DNA from: Seison nebaliae
Taxonomy: Eukaryota
NCBI GenBank assembly: GCA_023231475.1
Contig: JALJEE010001426.1
Span: forward strand, 62,001-110,545
DNA length: 48,545 bases
Direction: 5' to 3'
Below are positions 25,267 through 39,377 of this stretch, piece after piece. Every line of letters starts with the position of its first letter. Positions within the stretch are counted from its first letter, which is position 1. Made by a program: the position numbers and the translations under genes. The notes under the pieces are model-generated. The model ran no database searches. It worked only from the letters and a program-made list of their open reading frames with translations, and was not told the origin of the DNA.

Positions 25267-28093
25267 CTATCTTCTTTTAATTCGACGAACAAGAAGCGAC
25301 TCAGAATTACCATCATTTACATTATGTTTCGTCGGATCAAAAAATTTCATTAAAATTTTTTTCTTACTTGAACTTTTATCATTTTCTAAACCAACCAAAT
25401 ATTTATTATTCCTTAAAATCGGTAGCACTGTTGGAGTTTCGTCACGATATGTTTTCCTTTGTGGTCTCTTCGTTGGTTCTCCATTGTTTTTCACACCCAA
25501 ACTTCTAATTCCATTGGTGGGATGGTAGTTTATTGAATCTTTCGTGTAGAACCGTCTACTTTTTTTGTGACGTCTATGTTTCCCCTCTTTGGTAGGAGTA
25601 GTTTTCGAAACCGACGGTAAGTGATTAGGCGCTTGCTTGTGAGCCACAGGTTTCGTTTTAATCGAACCTTCCACTTTCGTTTTACCTGTATATGTCGTTC
25701 TACTGGATCTCTGTCGTGCCAAAGTACCGAGTATTCCTTGATGTAAAGCGAGTACTGGTTTCTTTTCAAGTTCCTGTTTCCTGATTCTTCCGATCTCAGT
25801 TCTTTTCTCACTTTTCTGAGTAGGCTTTGAATATATTTCGTAAGGATGTGTCAACCTTCTTTCGGTATTGTCAAATAGAGAACCTCTCTGACTTAATGTT
25901 GCTATTGAAATACTTTTCTTATTAGTGGCAAGCTATAAGAAGAAAAGTAAAATGTGATGAAATGAGAAGAATTTAAATAAACAAATTGATTACTTATTCG
26001 CCTATCATCTATACTACTACGAACATGTGGTTTCATCTTGTTCAGTTTAGTTTGTTTGGGGGAAGAATGATGCTTTTTCACGACGTTCGTCGTTTGTGTA
26101 TGACCTTCACTAATTGGTGCCGTTTCATCATTATTCGACTCAACCTCATTCGGTTTAATATCATTCGTATCTGTTGCTATTGATTCATTATCGAGTGGTA
26201 ATGATTGATTTGCGATCTGTTCTGCGGCTTTATCTAAACTCTTATTTATTGTTTGGTCATAAGTGTTTTCCAAATTTTTATCTAATGTTTCATCCATTGT
26301 ATTCTCCGATTTTTCTTCAGGCACATCTTCAATGACTTTTTTCTTTCTATCTGAAATTTCAGAAAGTTCCTCATCATTTCGTTTACTTTCTTTATTTAGG
26401 TCATCCTTCTATTTTTTGAAGTTAAATTTAAGTTTTAATAATTTTAATAAAATAAAAAAATAATAAAAATTAACTGCTATGTTTATCGTTTCACTGATCG
26501 TTATTGCAGGTTTGGTGTACGTAGTAGGATTAATGTCATCGATTTTAGATGTTTCATCGTCACTCATAAGAGAAGGTTCGAGATCTCTATCACCATCCTT
26601 ATTCTTTTTCTCCTTCATCTTATTTTCCACGTCATTACCCTGTTTCTCATTGTCCCCTGCTGTACTATGGTCTGTATTTTCCTAGAAGTATTTAGCAACT
26701 TGCTAGGTAAATTTAAGATGATATTAAAATTTCACCTTTTCTTCCTCATTTAGTGTTACTTGTGAATCAATAGACTTTGTTTTCTTTTTATCGCCAGATA
26801 TTCGATTTTCTTTTTCTTTATTTTTACGGAATTTAGCAAACTTCTCCATATCTTTTGCTTCTAATTTCTATCAATTCATTCGGCTAGAATTAAAATTTTA
26901 AGTTATTTAAAATAACTCCTAAATAATCTTCAATAACAACGTTCCATTTGTCTTTGGTGAAACAGAAATGAGAAACGCAGTCTTCTGCTGTCAATCTGTC
27001 CATTTGTAGCATGGTTAGACAACCCTTATCGTGCGAGATAATTTCATTAGAATTTCATGGGAAAATAAATGGAGAAAACTTTAATAAACTGAAGCATTTC
27101 ACTTGAACAGACTTTTCCATATCGTTGATCCAAATTAATAATCTTCAACGGCTTAGGTATTTTGAATTTTCGCAGATGTGGATTATTCTCAAAGTAGTTT
27201 CCCAATATTTCAGGTACAGGTCCTAAAAAGTTTTTTAAACATTTAATTTTCTTAATTTGTTTTCTCACCTAAACAAGAACATATCCCATACAATTGATCC
27301 AAATCCGTTTTTCCTTCCACAAACGCATTTCCGGTTAAGATTTCGACACATATACAACCAATCGACCAAATATCAACAGACCTAGCTAACAATAGTATTA
27401 GATGAGTTTGATAACATCCTCCTATAACTTCGTATAATTTGGACTTCCTACTAATAATTCTGGACTACGATACCATCTTGTGGCAACATAATCGGTTAAG
27501 CGTTCGTGATGTTTGGGAGCAAATCTAGCGAAGCCAAAATCACATATCTTTACAACGCCCTTTTCAGATAAAAGTATATTTTCCGGTTTTATGTCACGAT
27601 GTAAAATCTAATTGAATTGTTAATGGATGATTAATGAAATAGTTATAAATGAAACATTTATAGAATGTAGATATTTTATACCTCGACATATTTGGTAAAT
27701 GAATAATTTTGTCTTATCTTCTCCAATACCACCAATACCTCCATGTCCATCATCGCCTAGTCGATACATTTCGTCTAATAATGTCGTTTCAACTAATTCG
27801 AAAACCATATGTAATTTTCGTTCATTATGAAAATATTCAATTAAATGTACAAGGTTATAATGATTAATTGTCTGTTGGGAAATTGAAGAGGGAATTCGAC
27901 TTTAAACCCAATTTTAATAAATAACTTTCAACATTAAAATTTCGCGTTGAGCTATTTTCCGAACATTCTTATCATCACCGTTATCAATAAATTTTTTTAT
28001 GGCAACAACTTCATTCGTTTCAAGGCTTAGACATCGATACACTTTGCCATAGGCACCAGTGCCCAAAACTTTTAATATTTTGAATCTGTCCAT
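25267..28093 (-). CDS. Cyclin-dependent kinase-like (CDKL family) Ser/Thr kinase with a long C-terminal tail. Introns 27872-27925, 27608-27655, 27382-27428, 27223-27268, 27025-27079, 26868-26916, 26682-26735, 26409-26474, 25933-25982
   Basis: Spliced product: [65 protein letters not shown], KIAxRE and TDY are CDKL hallmarks. Confidence 0.93.
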
Positions 28094-28643
28094 TAGTTCA
28101 TAGTTTCTACTTTAGGTATAATAAAATACAGAAATAAACTGACTAGATTCGAATACGAACAATACAAGAGCGTTAAAGAGAAAACAAATCAAAACAGAAA
28201 TAAAGTATTGGTCTATGTACAATAAAGAATTTCAACTTCACTTTCAAATGAATAATCTTTGAAAATTATGTTTCTTTGATGACTGGTAAGGATTGGTTTA
28301 GTAGAAGAATTAAGAAACTTTTCAAACTGAACTGGAGTTATTGAACTTGGGGATCGTTTAACGAGATAAAACTTCTAACGATGTTCTAGTTGGAGGAAGA
28401 CCGCTATTCTCGGTAGAATGATAATCCAATTAAATAATCGACGTAACAATAAAATATCCGCCTTTTGAAAGATTTAGCTCGTTCATTTGATTAGAAGGAG
28501 AAAGTTCGTTAAGAAAAGAGTTTAATATATAAATAAAAGAGGAAATGAAAAGAATTTCTTAAATCTTTTTACAAACAATACATAAATTATAAATTGTAAA
28601 AATTGGAAATAGGGGAAATATAATAATGTGTGTTCTTTTTCTT

Positions 28644-30511
28644 TCAATTTCTACTAGAAGCATTCACTTCTCCATTTCCATTAGAAATTGTATTGTTCAT
28701 TGCTAGAAAGTTAAGCATATTGACTCCATTGGGAAAGAATTGAAATGAGTTTGAATAACAATTATTCTCATAATTGAGCGTTTCATCATATGTCGAAGAG
28801 TTTTGTTGCATCGTCAACAGGTTTTGTTGCATTTGCAAGAACGAATCATTAATTTTTTCATTATTCGATTGCAATGGTTCATTCGAACCATAATGCGTCT
28901 TCTTCGAACTGATATCATCATTTGAATCTAATCTTCGTTTTCGATTATTTATATTTTCATTATTATCATTCAGATTATTGTTATTATTATTATTATTCAT
29001 ATTTAATTGACTAATTTGTTGCTGTTGTTGTTGTTGTTGAAGATGATTAATTGATTGATCATTAGTTTTATTGTTATTATTGTCTATTAAATTACTATCA
29101 ATATTATCGATAATATTATGTTTGATTTCCGAGTTATTATTATTGTTGTTGTTATTATTGTTAGTGTGATTCGTCACTTCTATATTATTATTCGAATCTT
29201 GATGATCATAATTTTCCTGAAAAACAAACAAAAAAGATGAGATGAGTTTTTAAATAGAATCGAAAGGAATATTAACAGTAATTTCTGGTTTAATTTCTAA
29301 TTGTAAATTTGGTTCGGTTGAATTATATCTCTGATTGGACAAATATGCTTGAGAGAACAAATTCGGCTGAGCATATAATGAATAAGTTGAGGGATCATTT
29401 AACATTGTATAACAGAATGAGTTATTATTATTATTATTATTTCCATTCAAACAATTCAATGATTGACTATCGAATATTGAAGAGGAACCGATATCAGTTG
29501 AAGCGGATGCCAATGCAGTTGAGGCGTAAAACGGATTCACCAATGATGAATGACCTGATTGTTGAATTGGCGAATAGTTCGTCTGATTTATTCCAAATTT
29601 ATCAACAGAAATCGAATTTAAATTAAAATTATCGATTGTTGATTGATCCGTTTGATTCGAATGTTGATTTACGACCGTACTTTGTTGTTGTTGTTGTTGC
29701 TGATGTTGTTGCTGCTGTTGTTGTTGAAGAACATCGTTATGAGCTTTCTCACTTCGGTTTTTGTCTTCACGACGAGCTTTAGCACGTCGATTTGAGAACC
29801 AAACTTGTATTCTTGGTTCAGGTAAACTGATAATTTTTGATAATTCTTCTCTTTGAAATACGTCAGGATATTGAGTTCTCGCAAATGCTAATTGCAATAA
29901 TTAAAATATTGTATTAAAATTATTTATTATAATTATTTAAAATTAACCTTGTTCTAATGCTTCCAATTGATCGGATGTGAATGTTGTTCGATTTCTTTGG
30001 GGTTTCCTCCCATGAATTGAATTAGGTGAATTTTTGTTTGTATTCTTTGTGTTGGTGTCGGGCGTGGTGGAAGGTGGTGGGACAATTGATGACATTGAAT
30101 GTGTGGAAATTTGAGGTTTACTTTCAACCGTTTCTCGTCGTTCATTCTTCGAATTTAAATGGATGTCAATTGTCGATGTATTTTGAAGTTTATTCGTAGA
30201 GGATGGGGAAATGGACGACAATGAAGTTGAAGAATTGTTTGGCGAGGGAGTACAATTGGTCGATTTAATTAATTGTTCCGTATTGGACTTATGAAGATTA
30301 GTTGATTCTAATAAATTTGAATAATCGTTTTGTGAATGAATTTGTAGTTGGTTAATATTATCATTAGAATTTGTCATAAGTAATTGTTGTGACTGTTGAA
30401 GATAATCGGTTTGTTGCATGATTTGCGGCATACAATTGAGTTCATTCGATTTGGTTGTATTTGAAGGAGATAACATCAAATTAAATTCATTATAACTTGA
30501 CATTACAATAC

Positions 30512-30551
<40 letters not shown>

Positions 30552-33500
30552 GTTCTTGTTGTTATTTGTCGAATAGTAATTCTTCTTAAGATATTCTAAT
30601 TTTTCTGCTTTTAATGAACTATTCGATTCGTAACCACTCGAATTACTTCCATTACTCCTGGCTGAACTATAAGTTTGTATTTGGTTATGTGACAACGGCA
30701 TATTATTATCAATCTCATCAATCATTCGATTCACTTCTGGTCCAATAACCAATGAAGGTTCAGATATTGTTGACTCTTCTGCAATCGTTTCAGTAAGATA
30801 ATCCTCACTCGATTTATCACTTCTTTCCTCACTGTAATCTAAAACTTTCGGATGTTCTATTATTCAAGAATCATCGTCAGAGGAAAAGAAAAGAGAATTA
30901 CATTAAATGATTAATCGAAGAAAATCGCTTCAACATTGAATGGACAAGACAGTGACATATAATGAGAAAAAGAATGGAGAAATTACGAGTCGAAAAGTTT
31001 GTGGGAAGTAAAAGGCATTTCATTAGAATATTGATTAGAATTTCATTAGAGTAATTTCACTTATTGAAAAGTTGAGGAGAAAGGACAATGCATATCAACA
31101 ATAACTTTCTTTCGCCTAACTCCTTAGTCTTAATGGAAATTTAAATTTAATTAACCGCTCCAATGCTTCGTCAACACAACTCAGAGAAATATATTATTAC
31201 GTATTCGAAAAGAAATATAAAGGGAATGACGTTACATTTGTTCATTGTCGATCTACCTTTCGCCTACTATCTCTCTATCTCTCAATATTCTTATCATTCT
31301 TCAACATCTCCAATATTGATGATAATATCATAAGATAAAATAAACATCTCCAATTGAACATTGACAGTTTATATAAGTTTACTTTAACATCATCATCCTG
31401 AATACCATTAACAATAACAACAACAACTATAATATCAACATCGACAATCTTGTTCAATATATTTATATGGTCATATCATAATAATCATTATGATGATCAA
31501 TAGTGTCAAGTTAGATTTATCTACAGAATGAAATGTTTGGAAGGAAAATACGATAGCCAATTTTTTCAGTTTCTCGTATAATAATAATGACAAATGTATA
31601 CTCACATCAATAACTTTTCTTATGAGACAATTATTAGCGAAAGTTCATTATAGCAAAACTGAACGTTTTCGGTTTCCTTCGGGTTATGTTTATATTTTGC
31701 AACCACCGAATTAAAAGAAAATCATTGACGAGTGAGGAGGGAGTAGTGCAATATAGTGTTCTTTTTTCATTCGAATCCTATTGGGTAACTAAATTCGTCT
31801 TGTAAAAGACGAGATAAGAACAAACAAAGCGAAAGACACTTTTACTTGGAAGAAATGAAAGGGGAATGTCGAAGTTGTTCGACGGGGGACAATAGCCGAT
31901 AGTCCACGAAGATAAAAAATTATTAATTCTCGAGTAGAAGAAAACACACATTGGTAAGAAGAAATGATTACACAACTATTTACGATTGAGATGTAACGGC
32001 GGAAATGCGAAGGATGAGCGAAGCGAAGAATTCGCTTGTCGATGCGTAAGAAAATTGAAAGATAACAATTAAGATAATGACGATAATTGAAACAAGAAAT
32101 AATCGACAACATGAGTAACAATGATATAAAATAATTCAGAAATTTTCCCATTTCAATTCCTTAGTAGCCTACATTTCTCTCATCTATATTACTGTCATCC
32201 TCATCATAATAAGCATCGATGTACATAGTCGATTATTATCGTTACTTCACCATCTACACGGATTATGCGGAGTTTGAGGAGAGTGATTGGTCCAAATACT
32301 TATAGGCTGAAATAAACGAATGATTTACGAAATATCTTCATCACGAGACACTAAACTTTCATAGATTTATTTTTTATAATTACTTATGAATCCATCATTA
32401 TCATCATCATCATTCTCTGATGATGACGACGACAGAAGCCTCTATGGATACTTAGTGATGACAGTCACTTTGACGCTTTTCACTTGACGATTTCTCCTCA
32501 TCATAATTATCGAATCAACCATATATCTCATGAAAAAGATATAGTAATTACAATTAAATGGATTATTGAAAAATTTTTCTTTTTCATCTTCTCAACTTTC
32601 ATTATTCTTCTTCTTCGAAAATTCACGTTAGTCAGTCAGATCTTAAATTCTCCTTTATAATTTCCGTTTCTTATGACAAGCACGCATTCTTATAAAATAT
32701 CTTTTTCTTACACTTACATAATATTAATAAGAATAAAAGAATTATAAATTCGTCTATAATTCTAACCAGAATAATCATTATTATCTGCATTCTTCAACAC
32801 TCGAGAGTGAGTTAACAGATTTTCTTGATCAACATTTGCTGACTCATCCGTTTTCTCTAATGTCTCATTCATATTCTCTTCACTTTTCTCTTCGTTGCTC
32901 CTTTCTTTCTCTTGCAATTGTGATGTCACGTCTTTATTATTTTCAGGTTCATCTTTTTCAATTTGCTCATTATATTGTTGTGGTTGTTGATGTTGAATGT
33001 TTTCAATGTTTGACATGGAATAATTATTACTCACCGGCCATGTACACATTGATTGCCAGGCATTGATTAATCGATTCTTATCCAACATCTCATTTTCTTG
33101 CTTCTTCTGTAGATGACTAGTGTCCTGATTATTATTTGTGCTTTGCGATTGTGTTGTCGCGCCGTTTAATGCTAACAATTGATTAGGATTACAACATAAT
33201 CCTGCGGCTGCTGCTGCAGCTGCAAACATGTTTAATGCTGCAGGATGTTGATTACTGGCGGCAATGAGAGCAGCATTGGAATATCCCAGTCCACTAGCAG
33301 CAGCAGCAGCTGCAGCTGCAACGGCCGCAGCAGCAGCATCTTGTTGTTTAGCTGCCAAATTTCTTAGAACTCGATTAATTGATGAAACCTTCAATGAAAT
33401 GATTTAGAGGAATAATTATGGAATAAAGGAACTAACACTTGGAATATTATCAGGTGTACAACAACCATCATTCAATAATCGATCACGAATCTCCCAAGCG

Positions 33501-33796
33501 AAAATTGACGGGCATTCTCTCTTATACATTGTTATTCTTGCGATTACATCGTTTGTGGCAACTCGTGGTTTCGATCCACCAATAGCTCTCGGTTTTATGG
33601 AACCTGTCTCATAATATCGTCCAAGTATTTTACTTACACATCCATTACTCACTTGAAGAATGCGTGAAATGTCACAAGGTCTAGCTCCCTGGTGTGCTAA
33701 TTCAACTATGCGATGACGTGTCCTCTCAGGTAGTGGTCGTCCATTGACAAAGACGCCACCTAACTGATTGACACCACTGTGTCCTTCCATCATCAT
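28644..33796 (-). CDS. Pax6: Pax6 (paired domain + paired-type homeodomain), ~1024 aa. Exons 33796-33437, 33388-32767, 30856-29948, 29887-29277, 29216-28644
   Basis: Paired domain [19 protein letters not shown]...[37 protein letters not shown] with the Pax6-diagnostic I42/Q44/N47; linker motif MLDKNRLIN (cf. MYDKLRMLN); S50 homeodomain IQVWFSNRR; intron positions IPS|VSS and LEQA (phase 1) match vertebrate Pax6. Start uncertain because of a possible acceptor at 33852. Confidence 0.96.
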
Positions 33797-33869
33797 AAAC
33801 AACTTAAGTCCACGATCGATAATAGAAGAGATAGTTGAAGAAGATAAATATCTGTTTTCGAGTAACACA

Positions 33870-36800
33870 AGTTGTTATATGGGAAGAAATGATAAGTTTG
33901 GCGATAATGTTAGTTACCGAAATGAAAGAACCGAATGGAAAGGAAAGTGGGGGAAATAAGAGAAATACCTTTTACATTTATTGGAATGAAAACATCATTT
34001 GGAATTGTAGACATTAATGAAGGAAATTTATTGATAAATGAAGCGAAAAAATGAATAAATTCCATTGTCATCAACTTATCATCAATTTCTTAAAGAATTG
34101 TTAACTCGTGAAAAAATAGAATTATGTAGAAATAATTTCCATCTCTAACTCCTCCTCTTTTTACTTGATCTCACTTCGAGTTCTTACTATTCTCATTAGG
34201 TGCTACCTCTCATATAAACGAGAATCGAGCTACAAACTAACTAAATAACTAACTAACTAACTGCCTAACTAACTGTATTGACAAACTTATCATATATTGC
34301 CTGAAGATTATTATCGTTGAATATACGTAATTCTCCATTATCTGTTTACTTATCAAATTAGCAGGATTATTGCAGAAAATTCATAATTATCCTCTAACTA
34401 AAAATTATTAATAATCTTCATCTTTCTTCATTCTCTTCATTTAGTCTACAGTTTCATTACTTTCACTTCTCATCATCCTATAACAATAGTCAGTTAGTTA
34501 GACAATGACTTTCGAAGAGAATAAAACTAAATAAAATAAAAGTTAACTTAACATAAATTGTTTGGGAAAAATGTAAATCGACGACGGAATGAAGACTCTT
34601 AATATTGATTGTAATCCATGATCATCAGGAATACCGCTTCCATTCTCGTTATTGTCTTTCGAATATCAAACGTTGAATGACACTAGAATTGACCGCCTCG
34701 CAAATATTTCACAGGCGAACAATTTGACAATCGTTATTTGATTGAGAGTTTATGGAAAACAATGACTAGAAAATTCGTTACCGACTCCCATAATATTTAA
34801 AATTTTTACTTTAACTCTCTAATATCGTTCATTCATAACGATTCTTTTTCGATGTGTAAGAAAATATTTGAGATGCGAATTTTTTCGTAAAAAGGAATTC
34901 GAGAAAGAAAAGAAGAAGAAGAAGAAGATCTGTTACTTATTATAAGAACATAAAAAAAGAAGTAAAATATTCTTACATCTTCATTTTTTCTTTTTCTTGC
35001 TTCGATATCAGAAGATGAGCAAATTTCTAATTAATCTTCTCACTTCACTTGTACATCAACCTAATTTTGATTAGAGCAATGTTAATTTAACTAGAAACAG
35101 AATAACGAACAGATTATTTTCGTCTTATTGGTGGCTAATCAGAGAAGGAAAACTTCATTATGTGAGGAGTTCGGGGTAAACTTGTCAAATTTATTTACGC
35201 TTGTTAATTTTTCGATTAGGAACTAACCGTCTAATCCGAAATTATACGATATCACATATTCGAAACTCTTAGACTTATTGAAAGATTTTCTTCCTTTCTT
35301 CCAAACAAATCTTCATCCCTTCCGATACATTCAAGTTCCTAAATCTCAATGGTCCAACTAGACACTTGAATGTTCAGAGGAGCGCGAAGTTATCGTAATA
35401 TGTAAAAGAGGAATAATTGATAAATAGAATGAAGACCACAATTCCATTCGTAATGTAATTAAGAAGAATGAATCGAATGAGAATCTTCACTATAGATGAC
35501 CATAATTACTATCTTAAATAATGATCCATCCAATAAAAGGAATTCAATTTTCCCAGGAGATCTAACCGTTGTGTTTAACCGGTCAGAATGACAATAAAAT
35601 CAATTCAACACTTTCCCCCTTTATTCTTTCTAACGATTATTGGAATGTATCACTGATCGGATCGGTATAACTGTCCTTTAATGCATTGCATACCAATTAT
35701 TACCAATAAATGATCGGAATGATTTGTGATCGTCATATACAACTTCTATCTCTTCGGAAAAATAACTGCTGTTTACAGCATCAATTAAAATAATGGAATT
35801 GTATCGCAACAAATACCTTGATCATTAACCAAATTATAAATGAAACTTCTTCACTTCAAATGAATGAAACTTTTAAGTTGTTGGACTGAAGACACCGGAG
35901 GAATAAAATAAAGAGAATAATAAAGAATCCTTCATCCAATGATTAAATGACAAAAAACAATGCATAAATTATACGAGAAATTATACGTACATCTACAATA
36001 AATTGCCCTAAATTGTATTACTTAAAATCTACAAATTCTTCATTCTGACTTCTTTTTGACATGAGCAGTGGAATGGTTCATTGCGCTCTTGACGTTCGAA
36101 TTCAACAGATTTAATGCAGATGAGACTTCTTCATTACAAGTGAAGAATAAAGATGAGCAACAGTTTGTTGAAAAGAGGGATGATCGAGGTCATCCAAGAA
36201 CAAACAAATCATAAGAATTATAAGTTAGCACGACCGTTAAGTAGTACTAGGAAGTCGGTTGAAAGAACCGAAAATATATAAAATCTGTAAATGCCGAAAA
36301 GAAGAAACAGAAGAAGAAGAAAAAGATGGTAAGTAGGAATGGAATGGAATGGAATTCTATCTCATCATGAAATCTGCATCTGCTTTCTTGATTATGATCC
36401 ATCTAAATAAAAAACTTTGGACGAAACTTGGTTGCCTTCAATCGACTATGTTTTCTTTCGACAGAGATTTCCATAGCACTCCTCTAACGATTTCTATGGC
36501 TTTCCTCCATTTTTTATAGACGTCATATGATTTCTGCATTGTTTGTTCATCTTTGCCTTCCAAACTAAATCAGCCTTAGTATCACAATTCACCACAAACC
36601 TTATTTAGATGTATTTCTCATTCCATTTATAATGGAAAACAATGGAGGTCTAATGCGATTTATTAGAAATTGATCAAATTTCTTTCTTTTTTTAAACGGT
36701 TCTTAAGCCGTTCGTATGTTCTGTTTAATTATCAACAAAACCCAAGTTCGTCAATACGTCTATCGTTTCATACGAATCAATTATATATCGTTACTTAGGA

Positions 36801-39200
36801 AGTACTAGTGTTCATTTTCATTAATATTTAGGAAAATTTCGGAAATTACAAATGGCAACATTTTATTGATCGAGGAACCTATCGAATTTGGAAAAAATAA
36901 TTTTGTTATTTATCAACTTTCTTTTTTGAGAACTTCAATATTTCAAATGAACATTTGATCGACAATTTAAAAGTATTGGGAGTAAAAAGAATAAAAATAA
37001 TTATAATAATTACGAGACAAATAAAAGTACTTTCTAAGCACATATTATACAATGTAAATTGTATTGATGACGATGATGATGATGAATATTCTTACTATTG
37101 TTGAAATGTAGAATTTATATATAAACGGACGATACTTATCGCTCACTGGCATTTGAATTCACGCACAATTGCATTTAAGATATTTTTACAATTCCCTTTC
37201 ACCTCGTCGTCTCTAATTGTAGGCATTGCTCACTGATTGACCAATAAAACGTCGAGAATGAGTATCTAAGGTAGTCATATATTACTTTGAAAATATTCCT
37301 GATAATTTATTTATTGAGAAATTCGACAAGAGGAAAGAGTTCGAACTACTATTGATCGGTCTTATCAGGAAATGGGAGAAAGAGAGACGATTTCTCCAAC
37401 CATTGGGACTTATTATTGAGAGGTAAACATATTATTTCTGGTAGTGAAGAGTGTTTATTTGGAATATAGAAGTTATAAATATACATAATCGAAGTATTTT
37501 TGTTCGATCATCTTTCCTCTTTTCCCCAACAAACAATAGAAGCAGGCAAGCAGAAAATCAATCAGAAAAGAATACATTAAACATCTACATAATTGTACTC
37601 ATATCGATATTTCTACATAAGTATTTCTTACCATCTTCCTATTCCTGTAGATGGGAAACATTCTCGCATATGTACTATTAGTTCAGATGGGACAGACCGA
37701 TTACTGAAGAATTGTTTTGCTTACAATTCATCTCTCATAACTGACCGATTACCATGTTTACAAAATAAGATTATTCTCTCAATTAATATGAATATTATTG
37801 ATATGAGTATCGATCAATGTGATCAACTACTTCATTCACTTCTATGACATTTACATTGAAATTTCTCATAAATAATTCCAATTTAAATTTAAGATCTAAT
37901 CTCCTCTTAGAAATTCATTCAATCAGCACACTCAGATACTCTAGTTGGCAACGACGAGAAATTCGACGTTAATAAAAAATGAATTGAAAATGTCACTTGG
38001 TAAGTAATCCATCTTCAAAAAGTGAATAATTAAAGTTTAGGAAAAAATTATAATTTTTACTTATGAAAATAATTCAATAATTTTGATTTTTCTAATAATT
38101 TCTCATGAACAATCAGACAGAAAGAATATATGATAACAGAGACGTACAAGATAAAGAATACAATTCTGCTATCCGTTTGAGATAGATATATAATGATCGT
38201 CCAAATGTATAATTGCCAGTTTGGCAATTTAGATGACAATGACAATGACGATCATAGCCGATGACTATAACAGTCCAATTGATATTATTACATTTATCAA
38301 TTGCCTCGAGACTTCTTCCATTGTGTGTATTTCCAATTTGTCTTGCAGCGACCAAGAAGTTCGATCAATCAATTTCGTTTAAGTCTAATCGTTAAGAGAA
38401 GATTCTAGTTTAATAAGATGCAGATCGATCGATACCCAGAGAGAAGGAATTAATCATCACCTTAATCTACAATGACATTCTCCAACCGAACATAGTTTTT
38501 TTTTCATTTTATTTAAATTAACAAACGAACTTCATAATTTCTTATTAATAAAAATTGTTCAGAAATTCCTTAAGGAAATTTCCATTTATCAAAAAAGAAT
38601 TGGATGGACCTGATCGAATTGGACAACCACCAAAAAGCCATAGATTTTCGGTGTAGAAAATATGAAAGTTGAAAGAAGGAAAGAAAGAAAGTACATACTA
38701 ATTGGAATTAGTGTAATGAGTGAATCGATGCGTGAATGTAAACGTCAGATGTTCTCCCCCCGAAATAATGACAAGAGATACACACGCGTCTACATGCGAG
38801 TGCATTGAAGTGCAAGGAGAAGAAATAATTTTATTCGGCATTCATCATCTAATCCTAGGAGAATAAGTCGAAAGTGCTCATATGTAATTTGTCATTGAAA
38901 ACGAAAGGAAATAAGACGGCGAGGAAGAAGAAGTTCGTTTGTTGAAACTTCCCAAATCATTATTTGCCGATCGTAATAAGAAGGAGAAAGGTGAGAAATT
39001 TCTTTTAGAAAACTAGGGAGATTCATTGATGGTTCTTACTCATTTGAGTTAGTGGTGATTGTCGTGATACAATTGGGCATTCTCCACACCGATCTTCCTT
39101 CATCATAATTTGGTGGTCATATATCATCCTCCTCCAATATCGAATTAGGTTCTTCATTACTCATCATTCAAGAAACAGATGACGATTGAATGAAAGTTTA
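33870..39200. promoter_or_regulatory. Long non-coding upstream region of Pax6 (probable enhancer field)
   Basis: ~5.3 kb with no credible exon, against intergenic gaps that are mostly under 1 kb elsewhere in the window; contains paired-domain core sites (TTCACGC) at 37158 and 38730. Confidence 0.5.
34234..34275. repeat. Imperfect (AACT)n / (GTTA)n tandem repeat
   Basis: aaactaactaaataactaactaactaactgcctaactaactg. Confidence 0.8.
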
Positions 39201-39377
39201 TTCATTTTAAAATAAAAATGTTAAGACAAATTAAAAAAAACGCGAGAAAACAATCGAAAAAATAAATAAAAGTTTTTATAACGAAGAAAAGAAGATTGTT
39301 GAAAGTTTTTTTCTTTTTGGAATACTTGATAATTGTGAGAACTATGTTTTTTGTAGTACGAAGAATACTACTACTAT

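Noticed and set aside
31778..32151. ORFs inside the Pax6 1.9-kb intron
   Set aside because: Hydrophobic AT-biased translations without motifs; flanking exons already join in phase.
15095..33796. Su(H)-Pax6 linkage as a developmental gene cluster
   Set aside because: Several unrelated genes intervene; no synteny evidence is available from this window.
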